Notes: generated by a model from the letters alone, not told the origin. A stretch of 39,240 bases of DNA from Halocafeteria seosinensis (GCA_001687465.1 LVLI01000330.1:1-39240); one strand, 5' to 3'. Shown: positions 12,188 to 25,118, counted from the stretch's first letter. Made by a program: numbers and translations.

Positions 12188-14163
12188 CTACCCTGTCAAC
12201 GAGTGAAAGGAACTCATAGACGCTTTTCGTACTTCTCGCTGCTCGACTGCCGTCATTACTGCAGGAAGTTCGAGTGAACGTGCAAATTTCTGCAACTCTT
12301 CCGCTACTTGCTCACAGTGCTTATTAGATTGTGGTGGCATCAATGGAGAATCCAATGCTTCCATTATTTCGACTGATAACAAAGATGTTGGAATTAGGCT
12401 TTGCGCTTCTTCCCCCCATTTCTGTGGGCCTATTATCAGCATTGGCCTTCTAAACGTGCGCAGCTGAGCAAGCAAATTGCGCCTCCGAATCGAATGTATC
12501 ACTGAAGGGATTGTATTCAGATTAAAATCGTCAATTTCGTAAATGTCCCCTTGAGATGAGAACTCGTCGTGTTCGCCCACAGGTTGTAGACTGGGTTCAA
12601 CGGATCTTCGCCTCTCAGATAGCCTATCGCTGCGGTTGTCCACAGGCGAACTTGAGTTCTTGCCATAATCTCCTTGTTCTTTTGAGGAACTTGTGTCATT
12701 ACTTCCGTCGTTAGGTTTAACCTTATCGTGGTTCCATTGATTATTTGGAAGAGCTATTCCTCCTCCCATTTGCCGTTTCGATTTTGTGTGAACAAGGTCT
12801 TCTCTTTGTAGCTGCAACGCCCTTTTGTGTGCTTCTCGCTGCAGAGGGATCGCTATTCGATTCTTTAGTAACCAGTTGCCCCACGCACATATCCATCGTA
12901 GGCGATAAGACTTTTCGAATCCGGCAGCAGTACAAGGAGGCGGTGATACATAATTAGGCACTGGTCCTAAAATGGCCAGTCCCGCAACCCTATACGGGTC
13001 GTTGGCGCACAAATAGGCTGCTGTATACCCTGAAGCTCCCCATCCCACCAGAAAGACTCTCCTCATACACTCTCCGAAACCAATTTCTCGGTCCAGTATA
13101 TGGCAAATCACCCGCGACGCACGGCTAAGAGAAAAGGGTACACTGTGCAGTGATCCTTGACCAGGAACATCAATGAGGATAACGCGATACTCAACCGCTA
13201 GTCTCACGGCCATGGGGAGAAGAATTCGTCGAGGAGCAGAGGCACCAGCAATCATTACAATTGTGCCATTGGAGACATTGTGCTGGCCTAAGGCGTCATA
13301 ATGCTCAAATGCAGCTTGTGCTGACAATTTGACGTCCAGCAATGCGTCAGAATTAAATATAGATCGCTGCGCGTCTATTCTGCGGGGAGATTTGACCCAA
13401 GACAAGAAGCGAACCCACACGAATGGGAAGAGCACCCCCGCGCATAATACACACGCTCCAATGAGATCCCTTGTTTGTCGATTCACAGCGCATCTTGTAA
13501 GTCCAAAACCCTTGCTAATTGTATTCTCTCCACGGACAAGAAATGCAACCTGGGAATGCAGAGAATCAGACGTGAAGTGGGAGAGCAAAGGTACCGAAGG
13601 ATCGGTCTACTTACACCTAGTATAATAAGAAACACGGCACAAAGTAAGAGTAAAATCGGATAGAAAAATGCATTGAACGACTTCAGGGAGTCGATCCTGT
13701 ACGGCGAACGAGGCTCAAAACCACCGTGAGGTTTTTCTAAAGCGGAATGGCGACTGTGCTGTGAATCACTGCCAAAACTACCGCGTTGCTGCGCCCTACC
13801 TCGACGCTTTCGCCCGTCCTTCGCATGTAAACTACTAAGTGCAAATTGTGAATACTTTTTCGGTGGTTGCCCTTCAAAGTGCGCGCCTTCCACGTCTTTT
13901 GTGGCCCCACTGTGGTGGGTGCCATTTGGTGGAACCTTGTTGAACCCACTGAGGTCTCTCTGAGATTTGCGCAGAGGACTCGTGGGAGGGCAAGAGTTCG
14001 AGACATTTACCTGACCGTTCCTTTCCTCCGGAGCAAACAGATCAGCTCTACCATCTCCGTTCCCATCGGACTGTTCGTCTCCCCCGGAGAATCGCTCCTC
14101 CTCGGAGAGTAAAGAGGAGCTTAGAGCTGAGCTCCCGGTGATATCGTCGACTCCTCTGTTCAT
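12188..14163 (-). CDS. Membrane-anchored alpha/beta-hydrolase-fold protein, probably catalytically inactive; 2 exons
   Basis: Intron 13614..13550 (65 nt) joins ORF 13483..14163 to ORF 12188..13588. Two hydrophobic helices (FFYPILLLLCAVFLIILGVAFLV; LIGACVLCAGVLFPFVWV), then TIVMIAGA, YRVILIDVPGQGS, VFLVGWGASGYTAAYLCANDPYRVAGLAILG and RPMLIIG. Confidence 0.85.
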
Positions 14164-14574
14164 CGCTCTCCCATTCGCCTCATCATCTGAATGCGATTTG
14201 CTAACATTAAATATAGTTTCCTACGAGTAACGTATGTCCATTTCTAGTCAACTACCAATCTCGGGGCGTCTCATTTTAACCACGTAGAGTCCGCGACTCG
14301 GAGCGAGTCATCCAGATCCAGACCGGAGAGGGCGAACTTTTCTTTCACGTTTATCTTCAAGCTGAGCTCACAAGTGGTTTAACGGCAAGCCCAGTTGGAT
14401 GCATGCGCGACACGGCACGACCAGAGTTCGCGAAGTGGACGCGTTGTCATATGCATGGGCATGCGCGGAAGAGGAGTGCGTCGTCGCTGGTTGTGTGGTT
14501 GATATTGTCCAGTCATGACGAACTGAGAAGGTGTTAACTTAGTTACCGGTGTCAACCAGTTATTCACAACTAGT

Positions 14575-17500
14575 ATGAGCACCAGTTCATCTCAAGCTGG
14601 AATACAAGGAAGGGGGAACCTTCCCCGACTTCCCCAGGAAAGGAAAAAGTACAGAATGCATACGGAGGCCCTGTATGCGAGCGATGATGGTGCCTCTCAT
14701 TCTTCGGGGAGCTATCCCCCTATCCCTCGGCCGACGAAGAGGCCACCTCCACCTCCTCCGGACAGAGAAGGCGACGAGAGCGAATCTACTCCCAGTAACG
14801 AACGAATGAGCACAGATAGTGGAAGCAGTGCGCGCACACCCTTAGAAGAGGAGGCAAGGAGTACTGAGGATGATGATCGTCCTCACGCAGCAGAGAGCGC
14901 GGACTCATTTACGGATAGTGCTTCGAGAGAAGGTTACGAGGACTCTACTGGAGATCAGGAACAACTTTCGAGTGAACAAGAAGAGGATGCAGAGTCCAAT
15001 GCCGAGGATGTGAGTCTAACGGAAGATAAAAGACGTGTCGATTCTTCTCGGGCCAGGCGACTGAGTGCTGATGAAGTATATGCCAATGAATCTGATGCAC
15101 ATAGCTCCGATTTGGAAAAACAGAGTGATGAAAGATCAGACGATGGAAGTGAATCTGACAGTGACTTTGACCCTGAAATGGGACGTTCACGAGGCCCTAG
15201 CAGTGTGAGAAGAGGGTCTCTACATGCCGAGTATGGCCAGCAACAGGGGAGTCCAAGCCGTCGACCCGGGGCGTTTAAGGAAGAGGAATCAAAGTTTCAT
15301 TGCAAGGACGCTGTCATGACGTTTAACATTGCATGGTGCGTACCTTTGTCGTGTTTCGTTTCTCCGTGTTCGGTGGTGCAAAACCGATGTTCACTTTCGC
15401 ATTCTGCAGTTTAAGCATACTCCAAGGTTTGCTGATGGCGCCATTTATCATGTTTGCCAATATCCTGTTCGTTCTATACATAGTGTTTTTTTACACTATT
15501 CGCTACTTCGATCACGGCTTTGTGACGATATTCGAGTAAGCCAGGTGTAGTGTTCGCCAGAGATCACGAGTATTAACCTATGCTCACTCTTGCCCAGGAC
15601 CGGAATGATTGGAAACAACCTAAGAGTGATGGTGTTCATTTTAGCGCTTCCAGCCTACTTGTCTCTGATTTTCTATTCACGTACGTTAACGCTTTTGATA
15701 CCTGTTCGGGAGAGTTTATGCATCCCTGCCTTTGCAGTACTTGCGGCTGTCTTGGGATCTATTGTGCTGTCGTTTTCCCATCCGTTCCTTACCAACCAGG
15801 TGAGTCATGGTTTGCGAAGTTGGAGGAATGTGCTTGTACACCTTACATTAGGGTCCAACAGACTGATGTTCGTGAGAAATGGCATCGGCACACGAAATCC
15901 TCAGCGCTTTCTTCTGGGTTTCGACTTACCGCGAGTCACCTACTTCAACTCTGGGAAGGACCGATGGAGTATGCGACAGTGAAGGTATTCCAAGAAATGA
16001 AAACATGGCGAGAAACTACACGAGTAAGGGTTGCTATTGTGTGTCGATAAATACCGATGTAGGCTGACAATGTTCTGGCTGACCACAGGAGGAGCCATTT
16101 GACATTCACGTCGTAGATATTCTATTAGGTCTGATTTTCGGCTCGATTGCAACAAGTATTATGCTTGTACTTACTGTATTGATCGTTGGACTCAAAGCAC
16201 TTTTTTTACTGGGAAGATGTTTTGTTGAAATATATACGAAACCAGATTACTATGGGGGGACGTGCGGTGTCTCCCTTAAGCGGATGAAGAAGGTTAGTCA
16301 GAGGCTGTCATCTCAAGCTTACTTCGTGGGAAGTATTCTAAGCCTAGCTGGTCCACAGAATCCGTGCATGCTAATTGGATATTACTTACTGGCAACTGTT
16401 ATTGCACCAGTGATATGGATTGCTGGAATCATCACTATCATTTTCTTCGCTGGATGGAAGGGTTGCAAAGCTGCTTTTGATATGATGCGGGCTGATCGCT
16501 CCCTGGCAAGACCTGTGGGCTATTTTTCTCCCCCCTTTATCTACTGTTGGTGAGTTCTTCGGTGTATGTTTCGTCCTGGACCTCGGCGTAATATTTTCGT
16601 TCTGAACGCACAGGAACACCGTGGCTGTGATTCATGAAGAAACCAACCGACTAATTTTTGAAGGTCGAATCGAGTCATTGAGTGTTGACTTCTCTGCACC
16701 TGAAGAATACGAAGGTGTTAATGTCTACTATCTGATCGTCGGAACCTTAATCGGGATTATGGGCATAGTGATTGTCGGTGTCCCTATGCTTTTCTACTGG
16801 ATCAAGATGTTCCCAATGTTCTTGGCCCGTAATATCTACAAATACTTCACAGATTTTCGCATGTTTTCTCGCCCGGCCATTCAGGTATGTGACGCTACAA
16901 CTCTACTTGCTTCCGCCATGAGCAAGCTCCTGCCAAAATCCCTGTTACAGGCACCTCTTTGGTTATTCGGCATCATTGCGTTAATTCCCGTATCGTTGAT
17001 TGTATGGGTATTTCTCATCTTGTACTGCTTTGTTTCTGGATTCTCCGTTGGAGCTACATTCTATGAAGATCACGATTTGAAGGGGAGCTTCCTAGAAATG
17101 GGGGCTATTATGCTCCGTATTGATCGTAAGGCAGTCGCATATATTCGAGCAACGGACGACACGTATGGCGCAACGGGATGCTCCTATGCATTGTGGAGAA
17201 AATGCGGCCATCTTGTTGATCCTGACGAAGTCAGCTCGGATGAGGAGTCAGAACCATTTGAAGAGGAGCTCCCACCCATCGGCACTCAACCTCGGTACAC
17301 GGGCTCTGCGACTCTCTGGAATGAAACAGGGGAAGGGCGCTCGTCGAAGAGGCGCACATTAATTGATGAATATGGTTACGATCCAGCCAAGCGATTGGAC
17401 CGAAAGTTTGAAGCTGTTCGCGGCATGCGAGCGCTACCGAGAACAGAAGACGACGCTGAAGAAGAGCAGTATATGCAAGAACAAAGGCAGAGAACAATCC

Positions 17501-17991
17501 CGGAAACCAAGATCGAGGACGATGACTCGATAGTAGAGGACACGGAAGTCAGAGGATGTCTTTGTTTGCGTCGATGTTGTCGATCGAAAAGCCGTGAGCT
17601 TTCTGCCAATGAAGAGACGGAGGAAAACAACACGGATAGTATGCAAAGCGGAGAATCGTTTAGTGAATCTAACTCGAGTTCTCAAGAGAGTGAAGAAGAA
17701 TCCTATGTTTCTAGCTCTGGTAGCGTAGAGGGTGATGGAGAAATAGAATCGGCTGAGGGTGAGCCCAATGAGACACAGTATGCATCCCGCATTGACTCCC
17801 CAACCACCAAGCATGATATTGAGTCGGGAGACGGCAGTGTTGAGATTGAGGTTACGGGACAACCTGTTTTCGCGGCGAGGTCCTCGGAAGATGCAGATGA
17901 TGTCGACGAAGAGACGAAGCAAGCTCTCGAACGATCCAGGCGAGCCATGGCACTAGTTGAAGACGACTCGCAAGATTCGATGCAGCGCTGA
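14575..17991 (+). CDS. Multi-pass membrane protein resembling the At3g27390 family, with acidic disordered N- and C-termini; multi-exon
   Basis: ATG 14575; introns 15336..15409 and 15536..15597 splice in frame; later exons lie within ORFs 15590..15982, 16161..16553 and 16621..17991 (exact boundaries not all resolved). SILQGLLMAPFIMFANIL...GFVTIFETGMIGNNLRVMVFILALP and LIVGTLIGIMGIVIVGVP...IKMFPMF...GATFYEDHDLKGSF follow the family's helix pattern. Confidence 0.75.
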
Positions 17992-18020
17992 TCACACTCA
18001 ATTTTAAAGGGTGCCGTTAC

Positions 18021-21000
18021 TCAAGTTGTATCATCTACTGTCTCTCTTTCGGCAGCTCTAAATGATTTGGTTATGCTCCGTTCGTAAAACGACATGAGCT
18101 CATTCATTACTTCATCCCGAGGTCTGTCGATATGCTTCGCATGGTGGCTTCCGACTGTCTTGCCTCGCATACGAACGTCGGAAGGAATTTGCGCGAGAGA
18201 GTCTGCCCGCATCAAACTCTGCTTATTTATTTGAGAAGGATGTGCGAAAGACATCGTCCGCGAGTAAAGTTTGCGCTTGGCGGGTTCCGTCCTTATGGAT
18301 GGGGCCGTCTCCGCAAAGGCAACTCTCCTTGCTGGTTTCAACTTGTGTTCTGTCTCCCGTCGTGGCTTAGGTTCTTTTGGGGGAGGTGGTCTCTTCCCAG
18401 TATGTTTAGGAGATTGTTCAGGCTTATTCTGTCGATCCAATCGACGTCTGGCTTCATCTACCTCTCCATCAAATAAGGAGAGAAAGCTATGAACTTGCTT
18501 AAGTAATGTATCTGCGTCCAGTTCCGCTGGATTTTCTAGGAAATAATGGCATGTAGCGACATATGTGTCCCGTGTCTTCGCTAATTTTAACTGAACACTC
18601 TTGACTGCGTAATTACTTTTGCGAACAAATTCTTTTGCCGTTGCAACAACATGCTCAGATACTCTTTCTTTTTCGAAGTGTTTCATAGCCTTCACTGCTT
18701 GTGCAGAGAGTTCTCGAACCACGGTAGCTATTTCGTTGGTCGTAATCAGCGATATTTCGTCTGGGCGAGTGGCACAAGTAGTGGGGAGTTCCTGTCGCAC
18801 TGCCAATAGCTCAGGTGCAACATTAACGAGGCCCTCAGCTAGAACACGGCCGAATGTATGCCCCTTAGGGTTTTTGGTTTGCATAAGCTGAGGTAGAGAC
18901 GTCACTTTGAAGCCCCCTGCCCTAGCATTACGAGAACCTTCGTGAATTATGTTAGCCAACTTCAGGATTACACCAGTTAGTAAAGTCTTCATGCAGCTGG
19001 AGTTTCTCAACTGCAGTACCCATCAGCACAATGACAATTCGTTTGCACTATATCTACGTCTTGATGCTACCTACCTCATCGCAGCATTGTATTAATAGGT
19101 CACATCTTGCTTTAACTTCTTGCTCATTATGATCAAACAGAGCCAGCGCTTGCATCAGTTTGAGCTTAGAATAGACCGTATTGTCAGGAACAACAATCTG
19201 CGCGATGGATGTATCAAAATGTGGTCGAAAGAAGTGTCTAAGAATCTCCATGTAGTTGTACCTTATGCACGAAAAGTTCAGGAAGTGGCATTTTGCTTGC
19301 AGGAACATTTGTGTCGCGTACCATCTCTGCAACCTCCCAGGAATCATCATTATCTTACGAGTACCAACAGGTCGAGAAATGACGTACTTATCAGGCTTGC
19401 ATCTTGGAAACATCGGAGTGAAAGCAGTGACTCTACTACATCGGGGCCGCCGAGCTCTTCGTAGTCTAGGTCCTCTATACATTTGCGAATATCTTCCATC
19501 CGTTTTTTGCCAATCTGGACGAATCCCAGTGTTAAATTTTGGAGAGAAATAAAAATAGGCGAAGAAAAATTAGGCTTACCGCACGCTTTAGCTGAATTGC
19601 CATATTGCGGGAAACTTCCGGAGGAAATATTTCTGCAACTTTCGGCTGCTTCATCTTCTGTTTTTTTTCAGGAGATTCTGTTCTACGAAAGTATATACCA
19701 TTCATGAAGGTGACATATAGTTTATAATATCACATGACGCTAGCTTACCCTCTTTTTTACTTGAAACTAACTGAAATTGAGATTGGACCTCGTCCGCAAT
19801 AGAAAACAGGCGTTGTGACAAGCCACGCTTAAGCCGATATTCGGGAGAGTCATAATCTCCTTCGGACTCTTCGTAAGTTGGACTTCTAACAGCTCTGTGA
19901 AGGAGGAGGGGTTAATTTGAGCTGTATTAATTGATAATGTGATCAATTGTCTCAATACGTACTCGTCAAAAACACTGCCACTGATTTTATCAATCTGGAC
20001 TGCATCCCATTGGAGTCTGACCATTTTAGGTCCACCCACTCTCTCTTTAGCTTTCTTCTTTTCTTCCTTTTGCAAATTCTTCAGTGCTATCAACCGCTGT
20101 TGGCTCTTTTGCTTTTGCAACGATGTTATGAAGGTTGAAAAGAGACCAAACGAGAATATTTTGGCTCGACATTTCTCAGCGATTACTTTTGCTTTGATTC
20201 GCCTCAGCAAACCATACAAAAATAGCTTCGTTCTGCGCCTGTCTCTATTCCGCTTCCGTACGGTATGTACGATTATTCCAATACATCGACATTTCAAAAC
20301 ATACGTTGCAACTTGTCGCAGTTTCAGGTGTAAACACATTAGAGAGACACTGAGGAGCTTTAAGCGATTTTTCCGCCACAAGTAAGCCCCAGCTCTGGGT
20401 TCACGGGAGTTCAATCCATAGTCTTTAGGCCATCCGCTACGTTTACTACGATTCACTACATTGTCCCCAGATGTCTCCCAGAAATACCGGGCGGCTGGAT
20501 TCGCTTCGTCGTCCCCTGTAAACACTTTAAGCATATACACCGCCTGCTCCAGTAGGTCTATATCTACGGGTATTGCTTTTTGTCCCAAATCCGCGTTTCC
20601 TTCTTCATTTTCAATGAGAAGCTTTAAGCGACTCAGTATATCTTCTTGGGCATCATTCGCGAGCTCGGTTTTGTCATATACAGATATGTTATAATTTTCA
20701 CTTTCCCCATAGTCCAGTATGTCCGTAAGGTCCTTCTCATTGTGAACGCTTATAGCGGATTCCTGGCTCGAAGTATCCGAACAAAGCGAAAGTCGCCTAT
20801 TTTGAGTAGCAAAATTAGTGTTAGCTGCGTTCATGTCCCTGACTGTCGCTGCACGTTGTGAGTTGGTCCGATGTAGAGTTCCCGCTTCCTCCAAAGCCCT
20901 CGTCAACTGTTGTAACGCCCCACTTGTGAGATGCGTGTTACGCATGCCGATTTGCTTGATACCACTGAGCGTCCTCTCTAGATTTCGTATACTTGCGTGC

Positions 21001-21815
21001 GAGCTCAATGATGGATTGAATCTCCGAGACCCCTCATGAGTTTCCTTGTGCTGTTGGGAGTGTGGGTCACCTTGTGGCCGTCTTGGGTTGTCGCGAACCG
21101 AAGAATCACACGGTGTGGTGTATCCAGCACTCATGGACGCTACAGCGTTTGAAACGTCCTTCCAAGTTCTCTGTTTATTGTGACGATTCTGTCTCGTTGC
21201 TGGTCTCGTCGATCCCTCATCGTGGGGGCGTCTGACCCCATCACCTTTGAGTGTAGGGAGGTTTTCAAAGCCTTCAATCGCCCAGTTGGGAACCCATCCT
21301 AGTTGCTTACCTAGTCTTACAAGTATCCACTCTGAAGGTATACTCTCGACAACGGCGACTACATCTCCTTTTCGTACGGTTAATTCTCTTGTTTCGTCTT
21401 CGGCGTAAAACGTCCTGCATATTTTGTGTCTCGGATAGCTATCTTTATTTGGTTTTGCTTGCTTCTTGGTTGGTGTTGCCAGGCGTCTACAAGCGGCTTC
21501 TTGTTCAGCTTTCTTGTCAATTTTCTTCTTGTGGATCTTATTGCCTTTCACTGTAGGCGCTATTCCAAAGGGGGCTGAAGTGTCTGCATTCTGAAAGTCA
21601 CGTACATTCTGTGAGTGACCTGATTTTCCAAAGAGATCGTCCAATGTTCGAAAACTGGATAGTATTTCTTCATTGTACACCCCCAAAGACTTGAAGTGTT
21701 TTCTGCAGGATTCATCCTCCATTTGCCTCTGTAATAACCAATTCTCTTGCTCCAATGCAACTTTGATACGATTAAGCTCCTCAACTCGAGCTTCTGCGGC
21801 AGCTTCTGTATCCAT
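18021..21815 (-). CDS. Formin (FH2) with an N-terminal coiled coil and SH3 domain and no FH1; about 7 exons, an extra upstream exon is possible
   Basis: SH3: HKICRTFYAEDETRELTVRKGDVVAVVESIPSEWILVRLGKQLGWVPNWAIE (~21420..21270). FH2 lasso MVRLQWDAVQIDKISGSVFD; after introns 19962..19895, 19748..19678, 19579..19515 and three more, it reads SRNMAIQLKR (conserved Ile), then VILKLANIIHEGSRNARAGGFKVTSLPQLMQTK and TCHYFLENP...FLSLF. Confidence 0.85.
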
Positions 21816-22092
21816 TCGGCGTATACAAAGCGAATCTGGAATATGATCTACAGAGCAACGGATCACTACTCTGGTGTCTAAGACGTCCGATACACCGCAA
21901 GTATGAGCGATTACATTCATTCACAGGTGAAATAGTGTATGCATGAGAGAATTCTTACACTTATTTGGGAACAAATAACGCTTGTCTCGTGCTGTGGCTG
22001 CTCGCGGCCGTCTGCTGTCACAGTGCTGTGCGCGTCTGACGGACTCTGACTGGATTGTCGAGAGTGAACGAAAACTTTGTTGGCTGTTTGTT

Positions 22093-22137
22093 CGCTCCGT
22101 GGAATCCGGAGCCGGCGGATCCGGATTCCACGGAGCG
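22093..22137. repeat. Perfect 18-bp inverted repeat (hairpin/cruciform) with a 9-nt loop
   Basis: cgctccgtggaatccgga (22093-22110) is the exact reverse complement of tccggattccacggagcg (22120-22137); loop gccggcgga. Confidence 0.9.
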
Positions 22138-22433
22138 TTATGGATGATGTAAGAGGAGATGTCCTGCATTTACAGTCATACGGTCGCTTTTGTAAAGAGC
22201 GCTGTTTGGTTGTGCTTCTTTGTTGTCTTCTTTTCTCCCCGGACACAGTTGCGGGAATGTCCGTGTAGGTAGAGTGGTAGCTGTTTTCTTCTTTCACACC
22301 GCTTGTAAGGATAAAACGTAGCGCATGATGGCTTCTAAACCTAAGGAAGGTAAGGGGAGGAGACAAGTACCCTCTCTCTTCAGTAGTTTGGCTAATGGGT
22401 TGGTTACTTGCTTGCTTGCCATCGTAAACAGAT

Positions 22434-25118
22434 ATGGAGGAGGAGACAGGGGATAGAATTGAAACAGTGTCGTCTCCAGGTTCCGATATTGAGCTTGTCT
22501 GTGAGCACCCGGCCGGAAAAGAGACTCGGGGAGCCGTGAAGGAAGAAGTTGTTTTTAAATCTCCTGAAGATGCTCATCCTGCTGGAGCGTCGAAAGATTC
22601 AGAGGATCGACCATTGTCGCCGCACAAGGTCTACCCTAAAGAGCTAGAAGTAAGGCAGATGCGCACGCGTGCGGCTATATTCTCATTGAATACAATCAGT
22701 GGATTGCAGCAGGCAGAAAGAAATGACGATATAAGGCTTGCTGTTGGCACTGTAGAGCCGCAATTGCCCTTTGAAGACGTTGTTGTGGCGACGGAAAAAC
22801 TACCGGAAGAGTGTCTCAGGCTTCATCCTTCGAATTTCGGTGCTGATGGAGGACCCGTATGCGGATGCCTTTGTTGCAGAAAGTCGCCAAAGGGTGGCAT
22901 ACAATCCTCTGATGAAGCGGAAGACGAAGGAGGTATCGAGATGCACCCGCTTGGTGTCACGCGTCAAAATACCCCAAACTATGCCAGTGCTCCCCCCGGA
23001 AGCCAGGAGAAACCGGTTATGTATCCGTATAACCGTTGTACTATCAACTGGTGTGGATGGATAAGAAGGCTCGTATCTAAGAAAAAACGCCGCTATATTG
23101 GTGATGGATTTGATCTAGACCTCTCGTATATTTTGAACAACGTTGTGGCCATGGGATTTCCTTCTATTGGTGTCGAGTCGTTGTACAGGAATCCTCGGGA
23201 GGAACTGCAACACTTTCTTGCTGTCCGTTATGGAAAGCGGTAAGGTGTCTAAGTCGTGGTATCATCATTCTTCGGAAGAGTATCTTCATGTGTCTACAGG
23301 TACAAAGTGTATAACGTGTGCTGTGAGCCTCAGCATCGATATGACCCTGCCATATTTAGTGATCAAGTTAGTCACTTCCCGTTCGAAGACCACAATGCTC
23401 CTCCAGCTAACTTCGTAAGTATTATTTGCCACGAGATTATATACATTTGATATGGTCATGATCGTTCCGAGTCTCCAGATGTTTGCGTTTTGTGACGATA
23501 TGTACCGTTTTCTCCTCAATGACCGCCGTAACGTGGCCATCATCCACTGCAAGGCAGGCAAAGGGAGAACAGGACAGATGCTTTGCTGCTATCTGTTGCA
23601 TTCTGGTGCATTTGATGACCCGGAGGCATGTATGTCTTTCTATGCTGATCGGAGAACGTTTAACAGGAAAGGAGTAACGATACCTAGTCAACGGAGGTAC
23701 ATCCATTATTACGCTTTGCAACTTCGAGCCATCAGGTTTAAGAAATTAAGCCTTGAAAATAAGGGTAAGCAGGAAATTAAACAGTCTTTTGCTGTTTGAC
23801 GTACTGTATGCGGGTGTTGCGATGTGCAGTGACAGTTGTCCGTAACGGAGACACTCACAGTATCGGAAGCAATGAGTCTGCGGACGCAAGCGAGCGGGAT
23901 AGCAGAAAAACTGAAGAGGCAACAGAGCATGAGACTGACAATGAGCATCAATCAAAGGATGGAAATAATACTGAAAAGCAAAATGGTGGTGGAGAAACGT
24001 CGTCCGAGGGCCACGCTGAGAAGGGCGAGGACCGCACGATTGATAGCCAGCAAGAGAGTCCTTCCGCGAATGAAGCTCCTAAGACTGGTGACGACACGCT
24101 TCAGCCGGAATCAGGTGAGGAAACAAATGAGCAAGTGGGTCCTTCCAATGGCTCTCCAACGGAGGACGCAAGTGCAGACAGGCCAACAGAAATGGAGGTA
24201 GAGGAACGCGACCATGACATTTCTCGCAAAGAGCTATCCCATGCTCCGTTGGGCCCTTGGACCCTTTCTATGGACCCTCGACGAGTCCCCGAGAAGCGTG
24301 TTCGTATTTTGGCGTGCTCATTTATTGGGAATCCTGGACCTTTTGAGTCTTTTGCCATCACCGTAACCACTATGAACGATTACTTAGAGAAAACCGTTAT
24401 CTGCGACACCTCTGGTAGTTCAGTTCCACATCCTGCTTCTTCGTGTGATGAGAACTTTCCCGAAGCCGAAGAAGTCCTGCCATTATCGGCTCCGGAAGGG
24501 CAGTCGATCTACTCCGTTCCTCGTAGCTGTGGCGTGGTTGAGCAAGCGCAAGATTATACTGCTACTCTCCCTGAGAGTGACATGTACTTAGCAGCCGGAC
24601 CCCCGTATCACCTGCGACCAGAGAGGGAGACTCCTCAGGTGCCTTTGCCACCTTGCGCAAATACCATCACCTTCCAAGGCAGCATGTTTGGAACGGATCA
24701 TGATATCCCAGTTTCTGGTAATGTAAATATCGAACTGCGAGGCCTCAATCGTAAAGATAAGAAATCCAAGAAGATATGCGCATTTTGGGTGCATACGGGC
24801 TTCCTGCCCCTGCACCGTGCCCGTATGCATCCGCAGGGGGATACGGCGAGTGCTGAGTCTAGAAATGATGATGCAAAGCCGAGTGGTGAGGAAAGTAAAA
24901 ACCATGACAGCGGCAAAAACGAGGGTGTAGAAGGTTCTAGAGATCCCTTGAAGGATGATGTTCATATGCAAGTCCACGAGCATACCGATGAATCCGTTTC
25001 GTATGGTCACATTGTTCTCACCAAATCTGAACTTGATAAGGCTGTCAAGGATAAGAAACATAAGAAATTACCTGAAAATTTTTCATGCGTGCTGATGTAC
25101 AAAAGTGAGCTGGATTGA
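22434..25118 (+). CDS. PTEN: PTEN-family phosphoinositide 3-phosphatase with C2 domain; 4 exons
   Basis: Exons 22434-23239, 23300-23414, 23479-23764 and 23830-25118 (introns 60, 64, 65 nt). Motifs: IRRLVSKKKRRYIGDGFDLDLSYI, AMGFPS..ESLYRNP, FPFEDHNAP, IHCKAGKGRTG, KGVTIPSQRRYIHYY; C2: VSGNVNIEL, ICAFWVHTGF, LTKSELDKAVKDKKHK. Confidence 0.95.
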
